Assembly: GCA_030390025.1 (NCBI GenBank)
Contig: CM059432.1
Location: 106,580,001-106,644,000, forward strand
Source of the DNA: Squalus acanthias
Taxonomy: Eukaryota
Reading direction: 5' to 3'
Length of the DNA: 64,000 nt
In this document: one piece after another, positions 38,398 to 50,255 of the stretch
How positions within the stretch are numbered: position 1 is the stretch's first letter
How the letters are laid out: the number at the start of each line of letters is the position of its first letter
Position numbers and translations under genes: made by a program
Notes under the pieces: model-generated
Database searches by the model: none
What the model saw: only the letters and a program-made list of their open reading frames with translations
What the model was told of the DNA's origin: nothing

Positions 38398-40492
38398 TGT
38401 GAGCAGCGAATACAGTATACTAAATTGCAAGTACAATAATTAAATCACTGTTTCACCTGGAAGAAGTGTTTGGGGCCCTGGACAGTGGGAAGGGAGGAGG
38501 TAAAAGGGCAGGTGTTGCATCTCCTGCGCTTGCATGGGAAGGTGCCATGGGAAGGGGAGGGATTGTTGGGAGTGATAGAGGAGTGGACCAGGGTGTCGCG
38601 GAGGGAATGGTCCCTTCCGAATGCTGAAAAGGGAGGGGAGAGGAAGATGTGTTTGGTGGTGGGATCACGCTGGAAGGTGGCATCGTCAGAACAGATGCGG
38701 CGGAGATGGAGAAATTGGGAGAATGGAATAGAGTCTTTACAGGAAGCGGGGTGGGAGGAAGTGTAGTCCAGGTAGCTGTGGGAGTCAGTGGGCTTATAGT
38801 AAATGTTTGTCAATAGCCTATCCCCAGAAATGGAGAAAGAGAAGTCGAGGAAGGGAAGGGAAGAGTCGGAGATGGATCATGTGAAGGTGAGCTGAAGGGT
38901 GGAAATTGGAAGCAAAGTGAATGAAATTGTCTAGTTCAGGGCGAGAGCAGGAAACGGCAGCGATACAGTCATCGATGCACCGGAAAAAGAGGTGAGGGAG
39001 GGGACCCGAGTAGGACTGGAACAAAGAATGTTCCACATATCCCATGAAAAGGCAGGCATAGCTAGGGCCCATGCGGGTTCCCATAGCAACACCTTTAATT
39101 TAGAGGAAATGGGTAGAGTCAAAGGAGAAGTTGTTCAATGTGAGAACAAGTTCAGCCAGGCGGAGGAGGGTGGTGGTGGATGGGGACTGGTTGGGCCTCT
39201 GTTCAAGGAAGAAGCGGAGCACCCTCAGGCCATCCTGGTGGGGGATGGAGGTGTAGAGGGATTGGACGTCCATAGCAAAAAGGAGACATCCACTACAAGC
39301 CCACTGACTCCCACAGCTACCTGGACTACACTTCCTCCCACCCCGCTTCCTGTAAGGACTCTATTCCATTCTCCCAGTTTCTCCGTTTCCGCCGCATCTG
39401 TTCTGATGATGCCACCTTCCATACCAGTGCTTCCGACATGTCTTCCTTTTTCCTCAACCGAGGATTCCCCTCTACCGTGGTTATCACGGCCCTTGACCAT
39501 GTCCATTCCATTTCCCGCACTTCTGCTCTCACCCCTTCCCCTTCCTCCCAGAACCACGATAGGGTTCCCCTTGTCCTCACCTTTCACCCCACCAGCCTCC
39601 ATATTCAACGGATCCTCCTCTGCCATTTCCACCACCTCCAGCGTGATCCCACCACCAAACACATCTTCCCCTCACCTCCCCTTTCAGCATTCCGAAGGGA
39701 CCGCTCCCTCCGTGACACCCTGGTCCACTCCTCAATCACCCCCAACACCCCTCCCCCTTCGCCCGGCACCTTCCCGTGCAAGCGCAGGAGATGCAACACA
39801 TGCCCTTTTACCTCCTCCCTTCCCACTGTCCAGGGCCCCAAACACCCCTTCCAGGTGAAACAGCGATTTACTTGTACTTCTGACAATTTAATATACTGTA
39901 TTTGCTGCTCACGATGCGGTCTCCTCTACATTGGGGAGACCAAACGCAGATTGGATGACCGCTTTGCGGAACACCTCCGTTCAGTCCGTAAGGGTAACCC
40001 TGAGCTTCCGGTCGCCTGTCACTTTAATTCTCCGCTTCACTCCCACTCTGACCTCTCTGTCCTCAGCCTCTTGCATTGTTCCAATGAAGCTCAATGTAAG
40101 CTCGAGGAACAGCACCTCATCTTTCGATATGGCACTTTACAGCCTTCTGGACTCAACATTGAGTTCAACAATTTCAAACGATAACCCCTGCCCCCATTTT
40201 TCATGCTGTATGATTTTGCCATCCCCATTTGCAACATTTTATCTTTCCTGCCTCTTACCTTAGCAAAGTATATTCCTTCAATTCTTTCCTCCCCTCCCAC
40301 CCCCCGCCACCCCATCTCTGCACCTGCTTAATATCTGTTACATCTCCAGCTTTTTCCAGTTCTGATGAAGGGTCCCAGACCTGAAATGTTAACTCTGTTT
40401 CTCTCTCCACGGATGCTGCCTGGCCTGCTGAGTGCTTCCAGCATTTTCTGTTGTTATTTCAGATTTCCAGCATCTGCAGTATTTTGCTATTG
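38398..40492. mobile_element. Penelope-like element, two arms in inverted orientation
   Basis: Minus arm 38398-~39275 carries RT (MGTRMGPSYACLFMG...FFRCIDD); plus arm ~39285-40184 carries the RT C-terminus and GIY-YIG (LIYCICCSRCGLLYIGETKR...PVACHFN...QPSGLN), followed by the terminal repeat. Confidence 0.88.
40358..40394 (+). ncRNA. Minimal hammerhead-ribozyme-like motif (degenerate) in the Penelope 3' repeat
   Basis: agtt-CTGATGA-a-gggtc cca gacct-GAAA-tgtt-aact: core boxes, stem II and a 4-bp stem I. Confidence 0.55.
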
Positions 40493-40934
40493 TGTTAATT
40501 CTCCTGATCTGGCTGTTTCTATGCCAATTTGCATGTGGCTCGGGCAATAATCCAGAGATTTTTGAGGTGGGTGGGAATGGGAAAATGTCGGGGAGCTGTT
40601 CCAACGGTTCCCTGGCCCCCATTACCAATTCCGAGAATTAACTGAATATGTCACATTCAGTGGAAATGTCATCTGCCTTATTTCCCGTCATTAGCACCTT
40701 AGCAACGCTGGGCACCAGAATCAGCAATGCATTCCTGACATCCAGCATTGCTAAGGAGGTGGAGAATGCTTTAAAATTCAAAGGGCTGCATTGTCTAGTG
40801 CATCTATTGCAAAGCCAGCAACACGTTAATGAGCCTGACCCTAGAATGTTCACTGGGGTCAGGATAGCGGGAGATGGGCGGAGCCAAAGTCCGCACCATC
40901 ACCAGTCCGGTGTCACGCCTCGGGCCCTGGACAT

Positions 40935-41345
40935 GGATTTATATAATGCTTTTCGTGACCTCACAACATCCCAAAGTGCTTCACAGCCGATGGTCACTGT
41001 TGTAATGTACGGAAATGCAGCAGCCAAGTTGTGCAGCAAGCTCCCACAAACAGCAATGAGATAATGACCAGATAATCTGTTTTAGTGATGTTGGTTGAGG
41101 GATAAATATAGGCCAGGACTCCGGGGAGGACTCCCTTGCTCTGTTTGAAAGAGTGAATTGGGATCTTTTACGTCTACCTGAGAGGGCAGGCAAGTGTTAC
41201 CTTGGTTTAACGTCTCATCCGAAAGACGGCAGCTCTGACAGTGCAGCACTCCCTCAGTACTCAGCCTGGATTATGTGCTCAAGTCTCTGCAGCCGGGCTT
41301 TATTTGCTTGAACTCAGAACCTTCTAACTCAGAGGTGAAAGTGTT
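40935..41345 (-). mobile_element. tRNA-derived Deu-domain SINE
   Basis: Reverse-complement homolog of 30395-30777. Confidence 0.75.
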
Positions 41346-41349
41346 GTCA

Positions 41350-42820
41350 TCCAGTGGAGGTGGGGGCACCAGTGGAGGGCGCTCTACGTGGGAGTCTTCC
41401 CCTGGGGTGGAGGGTGTTGCATGGAGCAGTCCCGACAAATAAGTTTCGAAGTCACATCACGGACTCCGAGGCAATGCTCCCTCTGATATTACCGTGGTTG
41501 CGTGGCCTGTTTATTTAAGTGCACAGTACCTTTACATTCGCACACGCAGTCTCGTCAATGGGACAGCTTGTGAGCGGCCTGCGCAGCACCTTCACGTCGC
41601 GTCCCTGTGCAGCTTACCAGGATCATTGCTCCCAGGCCACTTCTAACCTTTGCTGACTGGATGGGTCCATGTTTCATGTATTATTTGAAGGAGCTGCGCC
41701 TCAACTTCTGTCTCCACTTCAGTCCCACTGATCTTTGGCTGCCTGGTGCAGAGGGGGTCAGGCAAGTCAGAGGGCCTCCTCGTGTCTGCTCCTGGACCTG
41801 GCCAAGGGATCCATCCACAGTTCTGGGTTGGATGAGGCCTGTGGGGGTGGCCGCCTGCCTCTCTTCCATGCCTGGGGAAGGAGCACATGATGTCCACTGG
41901 TACGATGAGGTCTTCTGTGACCGGTTGGCTCCGCAGGGACTGGAGTGCATCGTCAATGCAGAAAATCGGGCCAGAAATTCGGCTCCCTGGCTTCCCGCGG
42001 GTGCAAGGATCCCGCGCGCACCTACCTACCGCGCCTGCCGTTGACCTCTGGGCCCACGGGGACTTCAGCTCCTGGGCCTCCTGCAGCTGCCGGTGCGCAG
42101 TGCTTGTGTATCCCAGGGGCGTAGTTAGTGCGATGCGTCCCCTGGGATCACGTGGGCCATGGAGAGCCAATGGCAGCAGACCATCTTTCATTCATGGATT
42201 TGACAGGAAGACCTGTCAAATCTATGAATTGAAATCGGCCCCAAAACAACACCTAAACTTCAAATAAATTAAAAAAAAACCATCACATTTTTAAAATAAC
42301 TATAAGTTAAATAAATTAACTACTTTAAACAAAAATTTAAATTTTTGAAAAAATTAAAATACTTTTTAACAGTGCTAAAAATTAACTTTCCTTTCTTTAA
42401 AGTATCCAAAAAAGATAAACCTGTTGAAATTTTTTTTTAATTGTAATTAATTAACCACTTACCTTGTTAAAAACGGGTCTTGCGCCTCCTTTTTAAAAGC
42501 ACAGCTTCTTCCATACTTACCCTCCCGGAGAAACCTGAAAAAATAACGAAGTTCGCTGCGTGCGCACAACCTCTCCCGTGCACGCGGTTCACCTCTGAAC
42601 CCCTCCCTTCAGGGGAACGGAAGTTCCGGTTTCCCGCGCATGCGCAGTGCATGCAGGAAACCGGCACTTCAGGAGGCCTTACGGGTGAGTACACAGCGCG
42701 TACTCACCCGGCAAGTGCCGAATTTCTGGCCCATAATGATTTAAGTTGATAAGTTTGCCTTTGCTTTTTGGATGATTTGGGTGGTGTTAGCTGTGCCCCT
42801 CTAAAATGGGGGCACCTTTG
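41350..42820 (+). mobile_element. Tx1/L1-clade LINE 3' fragment, split by a MITE
   Basis: WRALYVGV, WRVLHGAVPTNK, YLKELRLNFCLHFSPT and FCDRLAPQGLECIVNAEN ORF2 C-terminal motifs. Confidence 0.65.
41968..42732. mobile_element. 765-bp MITE with perfect 16-bp TIRs (Harbinger-type)
   Basis: gggccagaaattcggc / gccgaatttctggccc; flanks atc / ata. Confidence 0.85.
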
Positions 42821-44580
42821 TTCGAGCTCCGGACCCTGTGTACAAACACCCCGAGCCCCGGACCCTGTGTACACACACACCCCGAGCCCCGGACCCTGTG
42901 TACACACACACCCCGAGCCCCGGATCCTGTGTACACTCACACCCCGAGACACGGACCCGGAGTACACAAACCCTGAGCCCAGGACCCTGTGTACACACAC
43001 CCCGAGCCCCGGACCTGTGTACACACACCCCGAGACACGGACCCTGAGTACACACACCAAGTCCCGGACTCTGAGTACACACACCCACTGAGCACCGACC
43101 TGTGTACACACATCCCCGAGCCACGGACCCTGTGTACACTCACACCCCAGCACCGGAACCTGTGTACACACACACCCCGAGCCCAGGACCCTGTGTACAC
43201 ACACACCCCAAGACCCGGACCCTGTGTACACACACACCCTCCGGGCCGAGGACCCTGTGTACACTTACACCCCGAGCCCAGGACCCGGTGTACACTCACA
43301 CCCGAGCCCAGGACCCTGAGTACACACACCTCGAGCCCCGGATCCTGTGTACTCACACACCGAGCACAGAACCCTGTGTACACTCACAACCCGAGTCCAG
43401 GACCCTGTGTACACATCCCCCCAAGCCCCGAACCCTGTGTAGTCACACACCCGAACCCCAGACCCTGAGTACACCCCCCCCCACCCCTGAGCACCGGAAC
43501 CTGTGTACACTCACACCCCGAGACACGGACCCTGAGTACACAAACCCTGAGCCCAGGACCCTGTGTACACACACACCGAGCCCCGGACCTGTGTACACTC
43601 ACACCCCAGCACCGGAACCTGTGTACACACACACCCCGAGCCCAGGGCCCTGTGTACACACACCCCGAGCCCAGGACCCTGTGTACACTCACACCCCGAG
43701 CCCCGGACCCTGTGTACACACACACCCCGAGCCCCGGACCCTGTCTACACACACACACCGAGCCCTGGACCCTGTGTACACACACCCCCCGAGCCCCGGA
43801 CCCTGTGTACACACACACCTCGAGACCCGGACCCTGTGTCCACACACACCCTCCGGGCCGAGGACCCTGTGTACACACAAACCCCGAGCCCCGGACCCTG
43901 TGTACACTCACACCCCGAGACACGGACCCTGAGTACACAAACCCTGAGCCCAGGACCCTGTGTACACACACACCGAGCCCCGGACCTGTGTACACTCACA
44001 CCCCAGCACCGGAACCTGTGTACACACACACCCCGAGCCCAGGGCCCTGTGTACACACACCCCGAGCCCAGGACCCTGTGTACACTCACACCCCGAGCCC
44101 CGGACCCTGTGTACACACACACCCCGAGCCCCGGACCCTGTCTACACACACACACCGAGCCCTGGACCCTGTGTACACACACCCCCCGAGCCCCGGACCC
44201 TGTGTACACACACACCTCGAGACCCGGACCCTGTGTCCACACACACCCACCGGGCCGAGGACCCTGTGTACACACACACCCAGAGACCCGGACCTGGCAT
44301 ACACACACCCCAGAGCCCCGGACCCTGTGTACACACACCCCAGAGCCCCGGACCCTGTGTACACACACCTCGCGTCCCGGATCCTGTGTACTCACACACC
44401 AAGCCCAGGACCCTGTGTACACTCACATCCCAAGTCCAGGACCCTATGTACACATCCCCCCAAGCCCCGGATCCTGTGTACACACACACACACTGTGCCA
44501 CGAACCCTGCGTGCACACACCCTGAGCCCCGAACTGTGTACACCCACACCCCGAGACCCAGACCCTGTGTACACACACCC

Positions 44581-44789
44581 TGACGTAAAAAAACTACTAG
44601 GCACTTGGTCTAAGCGTTAAACAAAACTTTAATCAACTGGTTTTCAACATGGAGATCTAGTTGTGTCCTTCACTAGTTCCTGTCGAGGAATGTCCTAAGC
44701 AAGCTGGGCCCATGCCCGAGTATTTATACTCTCCCTGGACAGCGCCACCAGCAGGCCACCCAGTATTACTTCATACAAGATTCATGTCA
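44581..44789 (-). repeat. 3' LTR
   Basis: Direct repeat of 48770-48978; TATAAATA and ATTAAA on the minus strand. Confidence 0.93.
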
Positions 44790-47700
44790 TTCTTCCCGCC
44801 TGAAAGATTGGAAGTCCGGCGGCTTCCTTCGACCGAATTAGCCGGACTAAGAATAGACGCAGTAGTTTGGATTTCCATTGGCAGCCGGAAGGCACGTCTC
44901 CTCGGACTGTGTTTTGGTCCCTGGGTCCCTTGGTTCGTACCGGCGGGCTGGCAGAGTCCATGTCGCCTTGATCGACCTGAGGGGGACTGGGGAGATTGTG
45001 GCTTCGGGTGCGGGTCCCCACCGGCGCAGAGCTGGCTTCATCCTGCTCAGTAGCCGGTGATTGACCGGCGTCCTGGCTTCGGGTGGCCATCCCCCGGGGA
45101 GCGCTCTGTTCCCCGGGTTGATCCAGCGGAGTAGCTGGCAGATCCCTTGATGTCCCGGGTAGGGCATCATCCTCGGAGGAGCGCAGAGTATCGGCGTCGT
45201 TAATACGGATCTATCGATTGGGTCCGTGGGACCGGTTGGGCAGGGAGCCAGATCCCGAAGTGAAACTGTGGACTCCCGGCCATCAGGGTACCGCACGTAC
45301 GCGTATATAGGATTGACATCTGTTAGTTCCACCTCGTCGACGAGGGGATCACTCTTGGAGGATCGGACGAATCTTCGGAGCAGCACGGAGCCAGGAGCTG
45401 CCAACCATGATGGTAGGGACGTCCCATGAGTGGAGCGACGCTGGAACCCGAAGAATCGTTCGTGAGGAGTAACATTGGTGGATGTAGAAAGAAGAGACCT
45501 GATGGAATGCACCGTGTCAGGGAGCATAGTTTCCCACTGCTGGTCTGGTAGATTGCGTGATCTCAGTGGAAGACGAACAGCGTTCCAAATGATAGCGTTG
45601 TATCGCTCAACCTGTCAGTTTCCAATAGGATGATACGGTGTTGTTTTACTTGTGGCGATTCCCCGTTGGGAAAGATAACTTTTGAGTTCGCTTGACATGA
45701 AGGAGGGACCCCGATCAGAGTGGATGAAATTGGCCATACCGCAAAGGGAAAAGACCTGATCGAGGCATTTGATCACTGTGGAAGTAAGCATATTGGGACA
45801 GGGGAAAGCAAAGGGAAAGCATGAATATTCGTCCACCATAGTAAGCAAGTAGGTGTTTCGCGTTGAGGAAGGCAATGGCCCTTTAAAGTCAATGCTGAGT
45901 TGCTGCATAGGCTGTGTAGCGTGTATGAGCGAGCCATCCGACGGACGGAAGAATTGCGGTTTTAATTCCACGCAAATTCTACAAGTGGAGCATGTTCTTT
46001 TCACGTCTTCTGTCGAAAATGGGAGAGTTTTAGACCGCACAAAGTGCAACATACGGGTGACGCCCAGATGGCATAAGTCAGTATGAAGATCTGCAAGAGT
46101 CGAAGTTGACATGGAAGAGCAGAATGCACGCGTGAGGGTATCCGGGGCCACATTCTCCTTGCCGGGTCGATACTGTATGGTATAGCCAAAGGCGGCCAAT
46201 TCCATCCTCCAGAGCTGTATTTTGTTATTCTTGATTTTAGTGCGTTTCCGGTTATCCAGCATAAAGGCCACCGAGCGCTGATCGGTTATGGAGCGTGAAA
46301 TGGCGACGAGCGAGAAAATGACTCCGTTTGCGTACTGCTTCGATGATAGCCGTAGCCTCCTTCTCGACAGGAGGATAATGGAGCTCGCTACCCTGCAAAG
46401 TTCTAGACAGAAATGCAACGGGTCGACCGCCTTGATTCAAGGTAGCCGAGATCGCCACCTCCGATGCATCGCACTCGACCACGAAAGGGAGATTTTCATC
46501 GATGGAATGAAGCGCGGCTTTTTCCAGTTGTTGCTTGAGGAGGTTGAAAGCTGAAATAGCCCGCGCCTCCAACGGAAATGACTTTGCGTGAAGCAGGGGC
46601 TGGATCTTGTCGGAAAAGTGAGGTATCCACTTCGCGTAATAGGCGAACATGCTGAGGGCCCAACGAAGAGAGCGGAGATTCATAGGAGGGAGCTCCTGAA
46701 GCGGACGAAGTCACTCCAGATCCGGTTTGATGACACCATTGCCCACCCAGTAGCCAAGGATGTTGACTGATGGTACTGATTTCACAGATTTGGACTCATT
46801 TAAGGTTAAGTTGCAAAGATGGAGAACGTCAAGAAATTTCTGGAGGTTGGCATCATGCTCCTTCTGGTCGTGACCAGCAATGGTGATATTATCCAGATAT
46901 GGAAAAGTGTCTGTTAAGTTCTCCTGTTTGACTAGGCTATCCATTGCCCGTTGAAAGACGGCCACCCCATTGGTGACCCCGAATGGAAGGCGACGAAACT
47001 GGTAAAGCCGACCATTGGCCTCAAAAGCCGTATACTTTTTGTCAGAGTCCTTTAACGGTACTTGATGGTATGCGCTCTTTAAGTCAAAAGTTGAAAATAC
47101 CTTGTAGTTAGCAAGGTTATTGACCATGTCATCGATGCGTGGTAGTGGGTAGGCATCCAGGTCGGAATACTGGTTAATAGTTTGCGAGTAATCGATGCAA
47201 AGACGTTTCTTGTGCTTCTTCAGAGGATTTTTAACAACGACGACTTGAGCCCGCCAGGAAGATGAACATGGCTGAATGATACCGTCAGCTAGAAGGCGAG
47301 AGATCTCTGCCTCGATAAAGGATAGGTCATCTTGGCTGAAACGTCGTGATTTAGTGGCTATGGGCTTACATCGGGGGGAAAGATTGGCAAACAAGGAGGG
47401 CTCGTCGAGCGAAGCCGCCGAAAGTGCACAAAACGGTACTTTGGAAATAGTAAGCTCCGGCTTTGATCCTCCAAACTCGAAAGTGAGTCTTTTGTGTTGT
47501 TTCTGGAAATCCTGTCCCAGGAGCACATCACTGCATAGGTTTTTGAGCACCCCGAGCCGGGTGGAAAAATAAGTGCGGCCATTGAGAATAAGATCGACAA
47601 GACTAAAGCCGGAAGAGTTAGTGGTCAGTGTCGTCAGAGCCATTGCAATTTCCCTGTCAGAGGGGTAAATACGCAGTTTTAACTTACTGACAGCCTGCTC

Positions 47701-48669
47701 ACTGATGAAGCTGTCAGAGCTGCATGAGTCGATTAATGCACTCAAAATGTGCCCATTTACCGAAACCTGACAGGTTTGGGGGAAAACAGCTGTGATGGGA
47801 GGAGGGGCAGTTTTATCCTTGACAGCTGTAACATTAGTAGTGGCTCTTGGGGGAGGAGCAGTTTTATAGGGAGCAGCTGTAACCCTAGAAGTGGCTCTTG
47901 ACTGACATACTTTCGAGAAGTGGCCTTTCTTACTGCAATGATTGCAGATTGCATTACGAGCAGGACAAAATTTCCTATAATGAAATGCACCTCCACAGAA
48001 GAAACACTTCCTTTTAGATTGCCAAGATGCTGCTAGGGTAGGGTCGTCATCAGCTAGGATAGAGTCATCAGTGAGGGCTTCCGCCTGAGGCTTATCGGAG
48101 GAGTCACTAAAAGTGATAGCAGCAGTCCGTGCACATGGTAAAAGATAGGCATCTGCATTTTTTTTTGCCAAGTCCAGAGAATATGCCTGGTCATAGGCAG
48201 CTTGTAACTCGAGGGTTTTATTCTCCAGCAGACGCTGGCGTATGAAGTGAGACGCAATTCCATTAATAAAAGAATCACGAATTAACTCCTCCTGGTACTG
48301 CTCAGCTGAGACAGCCTTGAGATTACAATCTTTGCTGTGCCTGCGAAGCTTTTGAAGGAATTCGTCAAGTGATACCCCGGGTTGTTGTCAAGTTGTGGCC
48401 AGTAGATGCCGAGCAAAAATTTCGTTTGGGGCCTTAACATATAGTTGCTGTAGTATTCGGATAGCGGAGTCATAGTTTACACAGTCTTCAATATAGTCAA
48501 ACACATAAGGGGATACATAATTGGCAAGTATCTCTAACTTATCAGGAACATTCTCACCACATGCCCTGAGGTAGTTGCTGAAGGTACGATACCAGTGTTT
48601 CCATACCTTAGCAGTTGTCGGTGAATTCGGGTCCAGGTCAAGACGAGTGGGTCGGAGTAGTTTCTCCAT
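44790..48669 (-). pseudogene. gag-pol with stops and frameshifts
   Basis: Gag MEKLLRPTRLDLDPNSP, zinc knuckles CFFCG..H...C / CNHCSKKGHFSKVC, PR LIDSCS, RT (CIDYS, LPFG, YLDN), RNase H CDAS..EKEA, integrase HHCC plus IDFKGP...HSDRG. Confidence 0.92.
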
Positions 48670-48769
48670 GATGGATTGATTACTATATCTGGTTCCCTTC
48701 TACCGTTTGAGTCATAGCCGTCTGTTCCCAAAACTACTCAGAGCGTGGAGCAGGTCCAGTTGATTAAAT

Positions 48770-48978
48770 TGACGTAAGAAAACTACTAGGCACTTGGTCT
48801 AAGCGTTAAACAAAGCTTTCATCAACTGTTTTCCAACATGGAGATCTAGTTGTGTCCTTCACTAATTCCTGTTGAGGAATGTCCTAAGCAAGCTGGGCTC
48901 ATGCCCGAGTATTTATACTCTCCCTGGACAGCGCCACCAGCAGGCCACCCAGTATTACTTCATACAAGATTCATGTCA
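48770..48978 (-). repeat. 5' LTR
   Basis: About 8 differences from the 3' LTR, counted by eye. Confidence 0.93.
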
Positions 48979-50255
48979 CACCCCAAGCCTGAGTACACAT
49001 ACCCCCCAAGCTCCGGACCCTGTGTACACACATATCCCGAGCCCCGGACCCTGTGTACACACACACCCGAGACCAGGACCCTGAGTACACACACACACAG
49101 AGCACCGGAACCTGTGTACACTCACACCCTGAGCCACGGACCCTGTGTGCACAAACACCGAGCCCTGGACCCTGAGTACACACACCCGCCGGGCCCAGGA
49201 CCCTGTGTGCACACACACCCGAGACCAGGACCCTTATTACACTCACACACAGAGCACCGGACCCTGTGTACACTGACACCCCGAGCCCCGGATCCTGTGT
49301 ACAAACACCCCGAGCCCAGGACCGTGTGTACACACTGCCCCCGAGCCCTGGACCCTGTGTACACACACACACCGTGCCACGGACCCTGTGTACACACACC
49401 ACGAGCTCCGGACCCTGTGTACACACACCCCTAGAGCACCGGAACCTGTGTACACACACACCCTCCGGGCCGAGGACACTGTGTACACACACAACCCGAG
49501 TCCAGGACCCTGTGTACACATTCCCCCGAGCACCGGAACCTGTGTGCACACACCGCGAGCTCCGGACCCTGTGTACACCCCCCCACCCGAGTCACGGACC
49601 CTGCATACACACACCCAGAGCCCAGGACCCTGTGTACACACACACACAGAGCACCGGAACCTGTGTACACTCACACCCCGAGCCCCGGACCCTGTGTACA
49701 CACACACACACCGAGCCCAGGACCCTGAGTACACACACCCGCCGGGCCCAGGACCCTGTGTACACACACACCCGAGACCAGGACCCTGTGTACATACACA
49801 CCCCGTGACCCGAACTGTGTACACACTCACCCCGAGCCCCGGACCCTGTGTACACACACACCCCGAGCCCAATACCCTGAGTACACATACACCCAGAGCC
49901 CCAAAACCTGTGTACACTCACATCCCAAGCCCCAAGAACCTGTGAACACTCACATCCCGAGCCCCGGACCCTGTGTACACACAAACCCAGAGCCCCGGAA
50001 CCTGTGTACACTCACATATAAGAACATAAGAACATAAGAAATAGGAGCAGGAGTAGGCCAATCGGCCCCTTGAGCCTGCTCCGCCATTCAATAAGATCAT
50101 GGCTGATCTGATCCTAACCGCCAATCTACTATCTATCACAGAACCATCTCCTGCATCTAACAGAATTGCACACACGAAATAGGAGCAGAATCAGGCTACA
50201 CAGTCCCTGGGCCCGCTCCACTACCCACAGGGCCATGACCGATCCGAACCTAGAC

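Larger units (their letters stand above)
44581..48978 (-). mobile_element. Complete Ty3/Gypsy LTR retrotransposon (4.4 kb, decayed)
   Basis: Two 209-bp TG...CA LTRs, 5-bp TSD caccc, PPT ggcgggaagaa at 44790-44800, domain order Gag-PR-RT-RH-IN. Confidence 0.95.
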
